From: a virus | Taxonomy: Duplodnaviria; Heunggongvirae; Uroviricota; Caudoviricetes | Length of the DNA: 64,000 bases | Virus record (IMG/VR): IMGVR_UViG_3300011008_000006 | Direction: 5' to 3' (one strand) | Shown here: piece by piece, positions 20,853-32,459 of the stretch | How positions within the stretch are numbered: the stretch's first letter is position 1 | How the letters are laid out: each line of letters begins with the position of its first letter | Notes under the pieces: model-generated | Seen by the model: the letters and a program-made list of their open reading frames with translations, nothing else | Database searches by the model: none | Told to the model about the DNA's origin: nothing | Program-made: the position numbers and the translations under genes

Positions 20853-22190
20853 TTATAAATCTTCTTTTTCTGGGTAAACAATTTTAATAGGTTCATCTAT
20901 TTTTATTTTTTCTTCTTTTAAAATAAGATTTAAAATAATACCAATAATAATTGCAAGACAAATACCAGTAATATTAAATGAACCAGAATTAATTGCTAAT
21001 CCAGAGGTGCCAATCATTAGCATAACTGCAAACATCCACATAGTTTTTTGATTGTCAAAATCAATTGATGTTTTCTTTAAGAATTTGATGGCAGAAGCAC
21101 CAATCATACCATAACAGCAAATACTCGCGCCAGCGAATACAGCATTAGGTAGTGCAAGAATAAAACTACTAAATGGCCCAAAGAAGCCAAGAATAATTAG
21201 TTCAATAGCGGCAAGTAAGGTAACATAAACACTCGCGCACTTACTAATTAGAATTGTAGATAGATTTTCTGTATAGGTAGTATTAGGTTGGGCGCCAATA
21301 ATAGTACCGATAAATGAACCAAAGCCATCACCAATTAAAGTACGATGAAGTCCTGGATCAGTTAGGAAGTCACGCTCACAAATATTAGAAGCATTAATTA
21401 CATCACCTAAATGTTCTGCTAAGGCTCCAAGAGCAACTAAGCTGAAACTAATTAAAATTTGAGGGACAACACTCCAATCAAAATTTGTGAATGAAACGTG
21501 CATAAAAGCAAAGTCAGGAATAACAAATAGCTTCATATTCTGGAAGTGAGATAAATCTACTAAATTCTGGATACCACATAGTGCAAGAATAATACTTACA
21601 ATATACCCACCTAGTACGCCAAATAGAATAGGCCATCGCTTCATTAATCCTTTACCATAGAAAGCGCATAATAGTACAAGTATCATTGTAAGGAACATAA
21701 TACCAATACCAAGTAGAGAATATTCACCATTGATTTGTGCGTATGTTGGAATAAAGAAGCCGAGTTGTATTGAAATAATTAAAATAATTGCGCCTGACAT
21801 TACAGGTGTAATTAATTTTGTAATCCAATCAACACCAAATTTCTTTACTAAGAGTGCGGCAAGACTATAAATAATTGCTACTGTTAAGCCGCCAATCATA
21901 ACACCTAAGAAATTCTTTTCTACTGGGCCAGCCAGAGCAATCGCACCAATTACCGCAGAGACTGTTGCACCACTATTAGAAATAACAAGTGGCGCGCGAA
22001 ATTTTGTTATACATAAGAAAAATATTGTTGAGACACCTGCCGCGACAAGACCGGCAGTAAGATTTGTGCCACAAATAAGGGCAATAAGTAATGTCGCTGT
22101 AATACAAGAGAACATTACTTGTAGAGAATAGCCAAGCATTTCTTTTATTGTGTTTGGTTTTTCATTAATACGATAGGTTAAATTACTCAT
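20853..22190 (-). CDS. nucleobase:cation symporter (NCS2-family permease)
   Basis: Multi-TM protein. Start re-assigned to MSNLT (ATG 22188-22190, RBS AAGGAGA). Confidence 0.6.
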   Translation of the reverse strand: MSNLTYRINEKPNTIKEMLGYSLQVMFSCITATLLIALICGTNLTAGLVAAGVSTIFFLCITKFRAPLVISNSGATVSAVIGAIALAGPVEKNFLGVMIGGLTVAIIYSLAALLVKKFGVDWITKLITPVMSGAIILIISIQLGFFIPTYAQINGEYSLLGIGIMFLTMILVLLCAFYGKGLMKRWPILFGVLGGYIVSIILALCGIQNLVDLSHFQNMKLFVIPDFAFMHVSFTNFDWSVVPQILISFSLVALGALAEHLGDVINASNICERDFLTDPGLHRTLIGDGFGSFIGTIIGAQPNTTYTENLSTILISKCASVYVTLLAAIELIILGFFGPFSSFILALPNAVFAGASICCYGMIGASAIKFLKKTSIDFDNQKTMWMFAVMLMIGTSGLAINSGSFNITGICLAIIIGIILNLILKEEKIKIDEPIKIVYPEKEDL

Positions 22191-22539
22191 TTTCATTCTC
22201 CTTTTCAAAATATTTGCCCCAATGATTACACCAATCTGGGACAATAACTGCATTTATTTTATTTAATTCTGGAACACAAATTATTGGGTTAGTATAAATT
22301 TTACCTATAAGACCAATATCTTTTGCATCTTTTTCATCTAAATTTTTATAATAAATATCATTATTTATAGATTCATCAATAATAGAAGCATTGAATAATT
22401 TAGTTGATAATTTTACGCAGAAGCCAACAGAACCATATATAATACAACCAATGCCGTATTGATTTCTTATATATCCTATAATATGTTTTATTTTTTCTTC
22501 ATCAACATTATTTAATATAAAAGAAGTAGGTTTATTCAT
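22183..22539 (-). CDS. hypothetical protein
   Basis: 118 aa ORF. Confidence 0.3.
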   Translation of the reverse strand: MNKPTSFILNNVDEEKIKHIIGYIRNQYGIGCIIYGSVGFCVKLSTKLFNASIIDESINNDIYYKNLDEKDAKDIGLIGKIYTNPIICVPELNKINAVIVPDWCNHWGKYFEKENENE

Positions 22540-22852
22540 TATTTTCTCCTAAATAAATATCTGGTGATTTTCCAGTATAAATATAATACTTATCAAAAAA
22601 TGAGATTTGTTCTGTTATTTTATTTGTAATTGCTTCTTGTTCATCTTTACATAATTTCATTTCTTGTATCTTTTTATCTAAAAGTTGTAAAATTTCATCC
22701 TCTTCTAAATAAAAAATATCTTTATCTTTTGTTAGTATAGAAATTAATTGACCAAAACGTAAGTCAGGGAAATTATGCTCCCATAATTGAGCAAGTGCGT
22801 AGCAGAAAACTGGAATACGATTTACATCACGCATTTTTTCATTTCCTCCCAT
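22532..22852 (-). CDS. hypothetical protein
   Basis: 106 aa ORF; an internal RBS suggests the start may instead be at MRDV. Confidence 0.3.
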   Translation of the reverse strand: MGGNEKMRDVNRIPVFCYALAQLWEHNFPDLRFGQLISILTKDKDIFYLEEDEILQLLDKKIQEMKLCKDEQEAITNKITEQISFFDKYYIYTGKSPDIYLGENNE

Positions 22853-22987
22853 TTTGTAGCAATTTCTTCTACAATATCAAATATTGAACGATATTGCCCG
22901 TATTCATTAAATAAACTAACACCTAATTTTTCTAATAATTCTTTTATTTCTTGAAGATTTGGCTTCTAAAAATTAACATCTGGCATT

Positions 22988-23506
22988 TTATTCTTCATAT
23001 TCATGTTCCTTATTTTTAATAAAATCAATAGCGTCATCAATATTAGACACTAAAATACCACCTTGTTTAATAAGTCCAGTAACATACAAATTTTGATAAC
23101 TATATTGTTGTTCGCCCAATGAAGCTGCGCCACCTTTATCTTTTGCTTCACTATGAGTTAAAAACATTTGTCGATTATCTGTACAAATGCCTACAATATA
23201 TTTGTGATCACCGCGTTCAATTTTTTCGTGGAATTTACCTATCTCTGCGCAGGTTCCTGCGGGTAAAACATCTCCATCAATACAAGCTATAAGAATATCA
23301 GTATTATTTAGACGAATATTATCACCATTTGCAATTTCTTGAGATCCAGCAAATTTTTTCTTCCCTTCAACACCATTTATTTCTGTATTTTCAACTGGTG
23401 AATATAAATCTACTTTTGGTATACTCTTACGAATTTTTTCTGCCCATTCTGTATTACGAAGTAAGTCTCCATATGTAAAAATTGGCCCTGCTAAATAAAT
23501 TTTCAT
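22988..23506 (-). CDS. nucleoside 2-deoxyribosyltransferase-like protein (NDT/Rcl family)
   Basis: N-terminus MKIYLAGPIF is typical of NDT/DNPH1. Confidence 0.6.
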   Translation of the reverse strand: MKIYLAGPIFTYGDLLRNTEWAEKIRKSIPKVDLYSPVENTEINGVEGKKKFAGSQEIANGDNIRLNNTDILIACIDGDVLPAGTCAEIGKFHEKIERGDHKYIVGICTDNRQMFLTHSEAKDKGGAASLGEQQYSYQNLYVTGLIKQGGILVSNIDDAIDFIKNKEHEYEE

Positions 23507-23507
23507 A

Positions 23508-24242
23508 TTATTTTACCTCCAATTCATCTAAAAAATTTTTTAATTCGTCATAATTTATTTTTCTATTATCATAAAATAAATGTAATAATGGAATATTATT
23601 ATTTTTACAATACTATTCTTTTAAAGTAGCATTAATTTCTACACCATCATTGTACCAAGAGTTATTTTCATTATAGTGCTAAACACCATCTACTTCAATA
23701 AAGCCTATTGGTTTATTGTTTTTCATAATTGCGAAATCTATTCTTGTAATACTTTTAGGAATATTTCGTAAATTTCCTAAATTATATTCTTGCTAGAATA
23801 AGATATCGTTCTCTTTTAAATAATTAGATACTAATGTCTCTCCATAAGACTTTAAGCAACCACAAGATAAAGTTTGACCACTAAGTAAATTATTACTGGT
23901 CGCCTATTTAATATTTCCACATTTACATCTGCATTCCCACAATACTGTATGACCATATTTTCCAATAGGTTTAATCACAGTTAAATAACCAAATTGTTGC
24001 CCTGTTAAATTTGCTCTTGTTCTTTTAGAAGTAATTTCTTTTTGTAAACATCCACAACTTTTTGTCCAACCGCTACGAAGTTTTGTACCATCTGCACTAA
24101 ATATTTTCCCACATTCACACTAGCATATCCATTTAGTTATTTTACTTTTATTTTCAGTATCACACCTTAATACAGTAATACGACTTTCAGGAACGCCATG
24201 TTCTTTCATTATCCACCCGGTCATATCAATAAATTTACCCAT
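23508..24242 (-). CDS. zinc-finger plus PD-(D/E)xK (Vsr/DUF559-like) endonuclease, putative homing endonuclease; 5 in-frame TAGs
   Basis: Not in the ORF track. ATG 24240-24242 behind RBS AAGGAAG. Three W.C.C.CG...SCGCL zinc-finger repeats, then RIDFAI...IEVDGV(TAG)HYN nuclease motif. Stop TAA at 23508-23510. Confidence 0.5.
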
Positions 24243-24529
24243 AAAATCACTTCCTTTATAATTGAAGATATTTCTTCTAATTATTAGTGATTATACCAAA
24301 GAAAAACTTTATCAAATTACTCTTTGGTATTATAGGTTATTAAAATTTATCCATTAGATGATAATAAATTTCATCATAATATTTTCTTTTAATTTCTTCT
24401 AATTCTTGAATATATTTTATCATACTTTCTGGCATTATAATATGACCAATCCAGGCATTATCTGAAATAGCGTCGATTTGAAATCCTCGAAAGGTTCCTA
24501 TAAATTTATTTTCCATATTATATCCTCAT

Positions 24530-24841
24530 TTAATCCATAGTTTCAAAATACCAATGTTTTTCTTCATCTGTACCATATTTTTCAAGCCAATCCCAAGCCT
24601 TATCATTATATTTATAATACAATTCTGCATATAAATCTGATAGAATTTGATTATTATGTTCATAATAATACCAGCATTTATGGTTTAATACAGTTACTAA
24701 TGCTGCAACTTCCTCAATATTGCTTTCAAATTCACCATAATACTTTTCTGCTAATTCAGTAATTGCTTCTTGTTTTACTAAATCAAAAACCGACCATAAA
24801 ATTTGCTTGGTGCTTTCAAATAATGAATTATTATTTTCCAT
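24530..24841 (-). CDS. hypothetical protein
   Basis: 103 aa ORF. Confidence 0.35.
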   Translation of the reverse strand: MENNNSLFESTKQILWSVFDLVKQEAITELAEKYYGEFESNIEEVAALVTVLNHKCWYYYEHNNQILSDLYAELYYKYNDKAWDWLEKYGTDEEKHWYFETMD

Positions 24842-24862
24842 ATTTTTTCTCCTTTTTCTTTT

Positions 24863-24891
24863 ATTATATCACAATTTTTTAAAAAAGTCAA
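24863..24891 (-). promoter_or_regulatory. consensus promoter for gene 24530..24841
   Basis: attata 24863-24868; agtcaa 24886-24891. Confidence 0.6.
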
Positions 24892-24915
24892 GTAAAAAGA
24901 AAAGTGGGGAGCATT

Positions 24916-26034
24916 TTATGCTCCCCAAATTTTGCTAAGTGTACAATCCTTAACATCTATATCATTCTTTCTAATTGATTTTAGAATAGGGTGACGAATT
25001 GAAATATTTTCGTGCGCGGTAGATACCATCATACCACTAATACTAACTGGACACATATACCAATCAGTTTCAAAATTATCTCTTAATTCGCTTTTAAAAT
25101 CCTCTGTTAATCCAGCTACTTTGCATAGTTCAACAATTTTACCATCACCGTCATAAACACCAACGATAATACTAGCTGGCCAATTATAATAATAATTTTT
25201 AGAAATTGGAATGTATGGTCCGCCAATTTGATATTCACCAAAATATTCACCACAAAGTTTTTCGCCCGTGCGAGAATTTTCCCAAAATTGCCAATGCCCA
25301 ATATCTGCACCATTATAATTCTTTTCACATGGTACTGGTGCGAGAATAAAACAATCAATATCAGAAGAAATTTCTTGTTTTACTTTTACTGTATCCCAAG
25401 CATGGGGGCCTCGCTTACCTGGCTCATAAATAGCGGAACGACGATAACATACAGCTCCTTCACCACCGGTCGCGAAGATTTCTGCCATTTTATCAAAAAA
25501 TGTATTATCCATTGGGAAATATTCTACTCCTTCTACTAAAGGAGAATTAATACGTCCAACAACTTCTGGAATATGTTCAATACGATATTCAAAAGGCTGA
25601 TCCATATAATTATCACCATCAAGGGCTAATACATCGAATATTCTCCATTTCAATGGATTACCTTTTTGACGAGCTAATGCTTTTGGAGTGAGACAACGAA
25701 GAACTGAACCAATATCTTTGTCAATGTCGCCATCGCGATAAACCTCACCTAAAATTATAGTATCACCATAAGGGAAAGCATTAACAATACTATTCCAAAA
25801 CATTACTTTATCTTGAATTTCACCATAGGTGCCTGTAACCTTTGAAATACCACGGGTTTGTAAAGCATTTCGTTCTTTAGTAATAACTGCGCGAGACCAA
25901 TTACCATCTGTCTTGAGGCCAACTAAATAATCACCGCTTTCGCTCATTTGTTCTAATTTCATTTGCCTTTCAGTTGCGGAAATAGTTGAACTCATAGACC
26001 AATACTTCATGGGTTCCATTTCAAAATAATTCAT
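24916..26034 (-). CDS. ATP-dependent nucleic-acid ligase (KxDG nucleotidyltransferase; DNA ligase or Rnl1-like)
   Basis: Motif I LVGLKTDGNWSR, motif IV EGAVCY, motif V WDTVKVKQE; 372 aa. Confidence 0.55.
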   Translation of the reverse strand: MNYFEMEPMKYWSMSSTISATERQMKLEQMSESGDYLVGLKTDGNWSRAVITKERNALQTRGISKVTGTYGEIQDKVMFWNSIVNAFPYGDTIILGEVYRDGDIDKDIGSVLRCLTPKALARQKGNPLKWRIFDVLALDGDNYMDQPFEYRIEHIPEVVGRINSPLVEGVEYFPMDNTFFDKMAEIFATGGEGAVCYRRSAIYEPGKRGPHAWDTVKVKQEISSDIDCFILAPVPCEKNYNGADIGHWQFWENSRTGEKLCGEYFGEYQIGGPYIPISKNYYYNWPASIIVGVYDGDGKIVELCKVAGLTEDFKSELRDNFETDWYMCPVSISGMMVSTAHENISIRHPILKSIRKNDIDVKDCTLSKIWGA

Positions 26035-26036
26035 AT

Positions 26037-26585
26037 TTACTCCCCAATTTCTTCAATAATTAGATTAACAGAATTTTCTAAATCTTCTAATGTACCACGA
26101 TTTTCAATAACCCAATTAAAAGCAAAATCATCTAATTGTGTTTCACTTATATGATTTAATTGTTCTTCTGTCATATTAGGATTAATGTATAAACTACCAT
26201 CTTCGTTATACCTATTAACTCTAATAGTAATGACATTTTCATTATAATCATCTACATCTTCATATTCATTAATGAAACGCCAATCAGGAATTAATACTAT
26301 ATCAAAATCATTCTTCGCGGCGTCAATAAATTTAGCTACAATCATTGCCCAATAATCTGGATCATAATTACGCATCATTTTTGTTCCAATACCTTGTAAT
26401 AGATTGCGGCCGGCTTCATCTTTTTCACCATTCCAGCCATAATATTGAATAGCGTAATATTTAACTAAATCCGCGAAATGAATAATTAGCGTTCTTTTAT
26501 TTTGTTCTTTAAAATGTTTTTCCATTTGGTTAGCAACAGCATCTTTACCAGAGCCGCTCTTACCGCTAAACATTATTACTCGCAT
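26037..26585 (-). CDS. deoxynucleoside monophosphate kinase (T4 gp1-like P-loop kinase)
   Basis: MRVIMFSGKSGSGKD resembles T4 gp1 MKLIFLSGVKRSGKD; start taken at MRVIM. Confidence 0.55.
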   Translation of the reverse strand: MRVIMFSGKSGSGKDAVANQMEKHFKEQNKRTLIIHFADLVKYYAIQYYGWNGEKDEAGRNLLQGIGTKMMRNYDPDYWAMIVAKFIDAAKNDFDIVLIPDWRFINEYEDVDDYNENVITIRVNRYNEDGSLYINPNMTEEQLNHISETQLDDFAFNWVIENRGTLEDLENSVNLIIEEIGE

Positions 26586-26777
26586 TAATGAGTTCCTCCA
26601 TTCTAAGATTGAAGTAAAAATGCACAAAAGTACGTTCTTCTTCATTAGGACAATTATTTACATAATTATTTAAAATATTTGTCATCTAAATTACATCTTT
26701 TGTTTTTATAGCAGAATCAAATACTAGTTTTGCTCCATACTTTACTTCATCTGAAATATCAGCAAAAATTTCTTCCA

Positions 26778-27095
26778 TTATTTGCTCTCCTTTGTGGCTT
26801 TAGATAAAATATCAAAAAAAGTTTGAACTTCTTCTGGTGTTTCTAAAATAATTTTTTTTATTGGACGACCGGCTTGTCGTTCCTCATCTTCAGGCATATT
26901 AAAAATATAATAATGTTCTTCTTCATTTTCTGGAATAATACGAGTGCATAAATGAGTGCCAGTTTTTTTACTTAATACTTTTATAATCGTATTATCTTCT
27001 AAATGAGAAATTTCTGTATCTCTATATTCAGGTTTTAACTAACTCATAAAACCAACATATTCATCTCTTGTTACTTCATAAATTTCATTATTCAT
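26778..27095 (-). CDS. hypothetical protein (1 in-frame TAG)
   Basis: ATG 27093-27095 behind RBS AAGAGGT; reads through one TAG to TAA at 26778-26780. Confidence 0.3.
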
Positions 27096-27096
27096 A

Positions 27097-27588
27097 TTAA
27101 CCTCTTTTAAGTTCTTCAGCTTGGGCTTGGGCGATTTCATCACAGCATTCATTCCAATAATTGCCAGCATGTCCTGGTACTTTTTTGAAATCATACCAAA
27201 AATTATCAAAGTAAGGGATAATCTTATACCATAGATCTTGATTAGCAACAGGCTGTCCTTTAGAATTTACCCAACCATTAGAAAGCCATCCTACATACCA
27301 ATCTTGTTCAAAACAATTGATAGCATAAGCTGAATCACTATAAATAATAATTTTTTCATTTGGGCGGCGGACGGATGAAGCATACTCTAATGCTTTAACA
27401 ATAGCTGTTAATTCCATTCTTTGATTAGTAGTATTCTTCTCTCCGCCCGCAAGAGCATTTACTTGCTGACTATCACGAACAGCAATAAATCCCCATCCAC
27501 CAAATGTTTGCTTCCCGCTCTTTTTTAAAGAGCCATCAGTATAGATTTCCAGATTTAAAACTCGTTCTTTACTTCGTCTTTCTTCCAT
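27097..27588 (-). CDS. rnhA: ribonuclease HI
   Basis: IYTDGS...TTNQRMEL...SDS...VPGHAGN..NE.CDEIA aligns with E. coli RnhA motifs. Confidence 0.85.
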   Translation of the reverse strand: MEERRSKERVLNLEIYTDGSLKKSGKQTFGGWGFIAVRDSQQVNALAGGEKNTTNQRMELTAIVKALEYASSVRRPNEKIIIYSDSAYAINCFEQDWYVGWLSNGWVNSKGQPVANQDLWYKIIPYFDNFWYDFKKVPGHAGNYWNECCDEIAQAQAEELKRG

Positions 27589-27617
27589 TCAAATAAATCC
27601 TCCTTTTCTTTAATTTT

Positions 27618-27646
27618 ATTATATCATAAAATTAAAGAAAAGTCAA
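27618..27646 (-). promoter_or_regulatory. consensus promoter for rnhA
   Basis: attata 27618-27623; agtcaa 27641-27646. Confidence 0.6.
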
Positions 27647-27650
27647 AGAT

Positions 27651-27872
27651 TTAATCTTCAACTTCTTCTGATTCATCATCTTTTACTTCTGGTAACCCAG
27701 CAAGACTGGTTAGAAGACTATAAATTGCAGCTACAGCCGCGGCAGAAAATACTACTCCCCAGTTAATATCAGAGAGTACTGCGCCTACTGTAATTAATGA
27801 ACCTGCTGTTTGCGCGAATGTTTTGATAGCGCGAATACCAGCGGCTATAATCCATTTTTTAGCGTTTTTCAT
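27651..27872 (-). CDS. holin (LL-H-type, 2 TM)
   Basis: 73 aa, two hydrophobic helices, acidic C-terminus DDESEEVED. Confidence 0.5.
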   Translation of the reverse strand: MKNAKKWIIAAGIRAIKTFAQTAGSLITVGAVLSDINWGVVFSAAAVAAIYSLLTSLAGLPEVKDDESEEVED

Positions 27873-27886
27873 AATTAACGACCTCC

Positions 27887-28345
27887 TTACAGAAAATCAT
27901 TTGTTTTTAGTTTTTGAGCATATAATTCTTTAATATATTCATATTCAACTTCAAAAACACCATTTTCATCATTTGTAAGTTTAAGAAGATTTTTATATTT
28001 TTTATTAAGTGTAATTATATGTTCAAATTCATCTTTTGTATGCCGCCTCCCATTTCTACAGGAATTAGCAAAATCTAAAATTTCCCAACGTATTCTATCT
28101 TTTTCATTTTCATTTAAATTAGTTTGGACGGTTTGAATATTTGCTTCTAATGAATTAGTTTTTTTAATTAATTCATCTATTTTTTTATCGGATTCTTGAG
28201 TAATTATTTTCCCGATCCATTTAAATAATGTTGACCAAGGGTTTAGTTTGATTGGAGCAATTTGAATAAAAATCGAAAGAAGTAAAATTAGTTGAACGAT
28301 ATTATGACCTATCCAATCACCCACCTATTGCCAATCTATTTCCAT
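27887..28345 (-). CDS. membrane-anchored coiled-coil protein (possible lysis-associated); 1 in-frame TAG
   Basis: ATG 28343-28345 behind RBS GGAGGGG; TAG is codon 7; N-terminal TM segment. Confidence 0.35.
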
Positions 28346-28433
28346 AGTGTTATCCCCTCCTAAGTAGTATTGGGAATGCCAATACTTCTAATGAGTATGT
28401 AATATAAAAAGGGAGGAAATTGGGGAAATTATT

Positions 28434-30380
28434 TTAATCAGGGCTAGATAATAAATTTTCTAAGAGATTCATAAAATGTACTAAAAATTTCATTTTTATT
28501 TTAGTAGAATTTAAAGCTGTTTGTGCAGTTTCTGTCCAAGTATCTATAGAATATGTTGTAGGCTTATTTACGTAGCCATAAATTTCTGTTGTTATACCTT
28601 GTGTAGTTATTTCATCTTCAATTCTATTAAAATTTTTATAAAGATCATCGTAAGTTAATTTTAATACATATGATAGAGGATAATAACCATTATTAACAGA
28701 AAATAAATGAATTTGATGTACATTTGTATCAATATTTTTTGAAGTATATTTTAAAGCATCTTGTACAATGTTTATCTAGCTATCAAATAATAAAATACCA
28801 GCAAAAATAGCTAAATAATTTTCTAATTGGTTTTTTTGATTTTTAGCTACCATATTTGGTCCACTATTTATAATTGCAGCAGTTAGCCATTTTTTATCAA
28901 TTAATTTAATACTTCCTGCGTTAGTTAAGGCTTCAATTTTATTTAACTAATCATCTAGTTTTGCTCCAAGAGAACCACCATGTACTCCATGAGACTGTGA
29001 ACTTCCTTCTTGTCTAGCATAAAGAGAAAGGTAATTTTTTGTTGAATCTTCAATCAAGAAGCATTGGGCTAACGTATTATAACTTTGCGATATTTCCTAT
29101 AATATTTTATCAATTTCTTTACAAGTTTCTCTCCAATTATTAGCCTAATCTTGATAATATTGTGTTGTATTAGTATTACGAAGATGATTAATTAAATCAT
29201 CAATTTTTTTTATAATAGCTTCAATTTTTTTTAACAATTGAGAATTATTATTATTTCCTGTTATAGGAGATAAATAATCAGTATCAATAGCTAAAAATCC
29301 AATTATATTATCTGGTTTAGCCCCAGTAGCTCCAGTATTTCTTGAAGTTAATGCTCCAGCCATTTCAAATGTTAGCAATGATTGAATTTCTGCAAGATCA
29401 TTAGGGTTTGAAATAATACGAAAAGCTTTTTCAGGAACAGTATATTTTTGTAAATTAGCCCATAAAATATCTACTAATTGATTACTATCTTCTATTAATT
29501 CTCCTTGAGAATTAAGCCATTGATTGGCGGAAATGCTATTATTATTTTTTTTAGGAGTAATATGATATGTTTGCATAAGGTTTCTTTGGGTCCAAGGCTA
29601 TTTTTTCGTTCGTTCAATTAGATTATTAATCTGAATAGTTAAGTTTTCATCTAAAATTTCATCTAATTTTTCTATTGTTAATGTAGTATTGCCACCCTCT
29701 CTTCGAGTTATATCAATTTTAGAAAAATAGACTGACATGATAATCTATGATATTTCTATAATTAGAGCCATTAGCTAATCACGATTAAAATCAAGTTTTT
29801 TATTTGTAATAGTAAATAAAGAATTTTTAAAGCGGTTTACAATTTCAGTAATAATTTTACGGGCATTAGTATTATTAATTGGTTCTTCTTGTAATTTTAT
29901 TAATAAATCTTTTAAAAAAGAAGAAGTTCTTTTTATATTATCAATATTATAATAAGTTCTTGTTTTATCTGCGGCTTGAGCATAATTTTCTGAGTTAGCT
30001 TGTAAACGAGCTAACTCATTTTGTAGGTCTGTTAAACCAATGTTTCCAATTTTTAAATTCTATTGAATTTCTTTAACAAAATGTTCCCAATTATCTTCTA
30101 AAGAAGGAATTTCTATATTTAAAATATCTTTTGTTTCACCCTTTAGATAATTTAAAAAAGCTTCTTCTTTACGTCTTTCAGACAAAATTATCTATTGTAA
30201 AAACATAAGAGCATCATTAATAGAATTTGTATTTGTTTCTGGGGAAATCATATCAGTTAAATTTGTTGAAAATTCTTTTGCTATAATATTTAATATTTCA
30301 TCATCTAAATCATCAAAATAAACATATGGTGTTAATGGTTCAAAGATATTTTCTGGGTATGCATTACGGTTTAAAGCCAT
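28434..30380 (-). CDS. large TAG-rich hypothetical protein (about 648 aa), possibly virion-associated
   Basis: ORFs 30192..30380 and 29145..29576 plus unannotated stretches share one frame (high coordinate congruent to 2 mod 3) across at least 10 TAGs, down to TAA at 28434-28436. Confidence 0.4.
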
Positions 30381-30442
30381 CTATATCACCAACCAAAAAA
30401 GACAAGCAATGCTTGTCTTGTTATATTCTATATATATAAGTA

Positions 30443-31345
30443 TTATTCTTCTTCAGAAATTATTTTATATTCTTCAATAACCTTAATTTCTCCTTCTTCT
30501 TTTCTTACAGTAGGGTCATCAAATCCAATAACTTTCATAGTAAGTACATCAAGTACAAATGCTCTTCCAGTAAACGCCGCGGCAGTATCCATATCAATTT
30601 TTTTGCCACCGCGTTTATCTTTTGCACCCATCATATCTCCCCAACAAGCAGGATGAATAGATGCTAATGGTTTATTATGGCTGCCATACGCTTTGTCAGG
30701 TAAATATATTGTAGGAGTATGTCCATGTACACAAATTCTTCCGGTCTTCCACCCCAAAGGAATAAATGTACGGTTCCAAAGAAGAGAATATTCAGCAGTA
30801 TAATGAATGTACATATTATTATATTCTGCATTTGCTACTTCTTCAAAAATATTATATGTAGCACCAGCATGACAGAAATCTACATTTTCATATGAAAATG
30901 TATATGGAAGAATACGGAGTTTATCAATAATATCTTCATCCGCACCATTTACTAGCCAATCAATTAGAGTAATGTCGCCGCCGTTAGCACAATGTAAATT
31001 CACATCTGGATTACTTTGAAATTGATGAATAAATATAGTTGCTTCTTCTTTAGTATAATTATGAAGTTTATTATATTTTTCATCACTACTCGCGTGGTAG
31101 CCAATAATAGCATCACAAGCATCAATAAACATTTGTTCATGATTGCCCATTAAATAAATAATTTGAGGGTCAGAAAGAAGATGTTGCATAATTTGATACC
31201 CATCTGGCCCACGATCAATAGCGTCGCCAAGAAATACAACACAACATTCTGGATCTTGTTGTTTGCAATAATTAATAATAGTTTCATATAATCTTAATTG
31301 TCCATGAATATCACCAAAAGTATATATATTATGCATCTTTCTCAT
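30443..31345 (-). CDS. Ser/Thr protein phosphatase (calcineurin-like metallophosphoesterase, lambda-PPase/ApaH-like)
   Basis: GDIHG, GDAIDRGPD and GNHE motifs. Confidence 0.75.
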   Translation of the reverse strand: MRKMHNIYTFGDIHGQLRLYETIINYCKQQDPECCVVFLGDAIDRGPDGYQIMQHLLSDPQIIYLMGNHEQMFIDACDAIIGYHASSDEKYNKLHNYTKEEATIFIHQFQSNPDVNLHCANGGDITLIDWLVNGADEDIIDKLRILPYTFSYENVDFCHAGATYNIFEEVANAEYNNMYIHYTAEYSLLWNRTFIPLGWKTGRICVHGHTPTIYLPDKAYGSHNKPLASIHPACWGDMMGAKDKRGGKKIDMDTAAAFTGRAFVLDVLTMKVIGFDDPTVRKEEGEIKVIEEYKIISEEE

Positions 31346-31363
31346 CCTCCTTTTTACATAAAT

Positions 31364-31392
31364 ATTATATCATAAATTTTAATATAAGTCAA
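31364..31392 (-). promoter_or_regulatory. consensus promoter with TG-extended -10, for the phosphatase gene
   Basis: attata 31364-31369; agtcaa 31387-31392. Minus strand reads TTGACTtatattaaaatttatgaTATAAT. Confidence 0.6.
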
Positions 31393-31399
31393 TAAAAAA

Positions 31400-31537
31400 G
31401 AACCGTTAAAGTTCTTCAACGGTTCCACCAAGTTGTCTAATTTTTCGTGCAATTTTTGCTGCGATCTTTGCATTATGAAAACCACGTGTTAATAGAAGTT
31501 TACGTCGGGCTGTAAGAATTGCAATTTTTGCTTCATT
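31400..31537 (-). CDS. small basic hypothetical protein (45 aa)
   Basis: ATG 31535-31537 behind RBS GGAGGAA; ends inside a terminator-like hairpin. Confidence 0.25.
31401..31428 (-). terminator. terminator-like hairpin after the small gene 31400..31537
   Basis: gaaccgtt-aaagttcttc-aacggttc (8 bp stem). Confidence 0.4.
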
Positions 31538-32459
31538 ACTCATAAGCAATTCCTCCAAGATTAATAATAGACATAGCATCACTTGTAGTTACAGTAGGAA
31601 GCTTACCATCCCAATTGTTAACTGTATTATATTGAATTAACTCATTGCTGAGAGAAGCGGCGAGTTCTTTATTTGCAGTTGCTTGCGCTTCGGCTTGTAC
31701 TTTTACAGCATATGCGGCGGCATCAGCTTCAATTTTTTGAACTTCCGCGGCTGCGCTAGCCTCAATTTTCTTACGCTCTGCGGCTTGCTGTGCTTCCATA
31801 GTTTTCTGCTCCTGCTCAGTTTGAGCGCGTTGCTTTTCTTGTGTTGCAACTTGCTTGGCTTCAACCGCGGCTTCAAATACATCTGTGAAATCAATATTTT
31901 CAACAGCAAGAGAAATTACATTAATACCTTTTGCTTCTAATTCACTCTTAATTAACTCATAAATAGCATCAGACGCTTCTTGACGATGTTCAATTAATTC
32001 TTCTGCTGTGTAACGAGCAATAACAATTTTAACATCTTCTTGAATACGAGGAGTTACGAAAATATTTACATAATTAATACCAACTTCACGATATAAAATC
32101 ATAGCAGTAGGTTTATTAATATTAATATTAATGCTACCTTGAACATCTACTTGTTGAATATCTCGTGAAAAAGATTGTAAAGCAAATGGAACACGCTGCT
32201 CACGGTTATCCATATTAATTACATTATCCCAAGGCGCATGTGGAGCTAAACCCTCATCTAGTATTTCATCGTGTACCCTACCAAATGTAGTTACAATACC
32301 AGTATGGCCTGTTGGTACATATGAAATGCAAGAACAAATAATTAAAATAATACCTAAAATACTTGCAATTGTTACAGTCACGCCTTTATATTCTGTAAGG
32401 ATAATTGCTAAAATTAAACCGGCTAGAATTATTAAAATACCAAATACAAATAATATCAT
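31536..32459 (-). CDS. SPFH/Band-7 (prohibitin/HflK-like) membrane protein
   Basis: N-terminal TM, PHB-like core, Ala/Gln/Glu-rich coiled-coil tail. Confidence 0.65.
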   Translation of the reverse strand: MILFVFGILIILAGLILAIILTEYKGVTVTIASILGIILIICSCISYVPTGHTGIVTTFGRVHDEILDEGLAPHAPWDNVINMDNREQRVPFALQSFSRDIQQVDVQGSINININKPTAMILYREVGINYVNIFVTPRIQEDVKIVIARYTAEELIEHRQEASDAIYELIKSELEAKGINVISLAVENIDFTDVFEAAVEAKQVATQEKQRAQTEQEQKTMEAQQAAERKKIEASAAAEVQKIEADAAAYAVKVQAEAQATANKELAASLSNELIQYNTVNNWDGKLPTVTTSDAMSIINLGGIAYE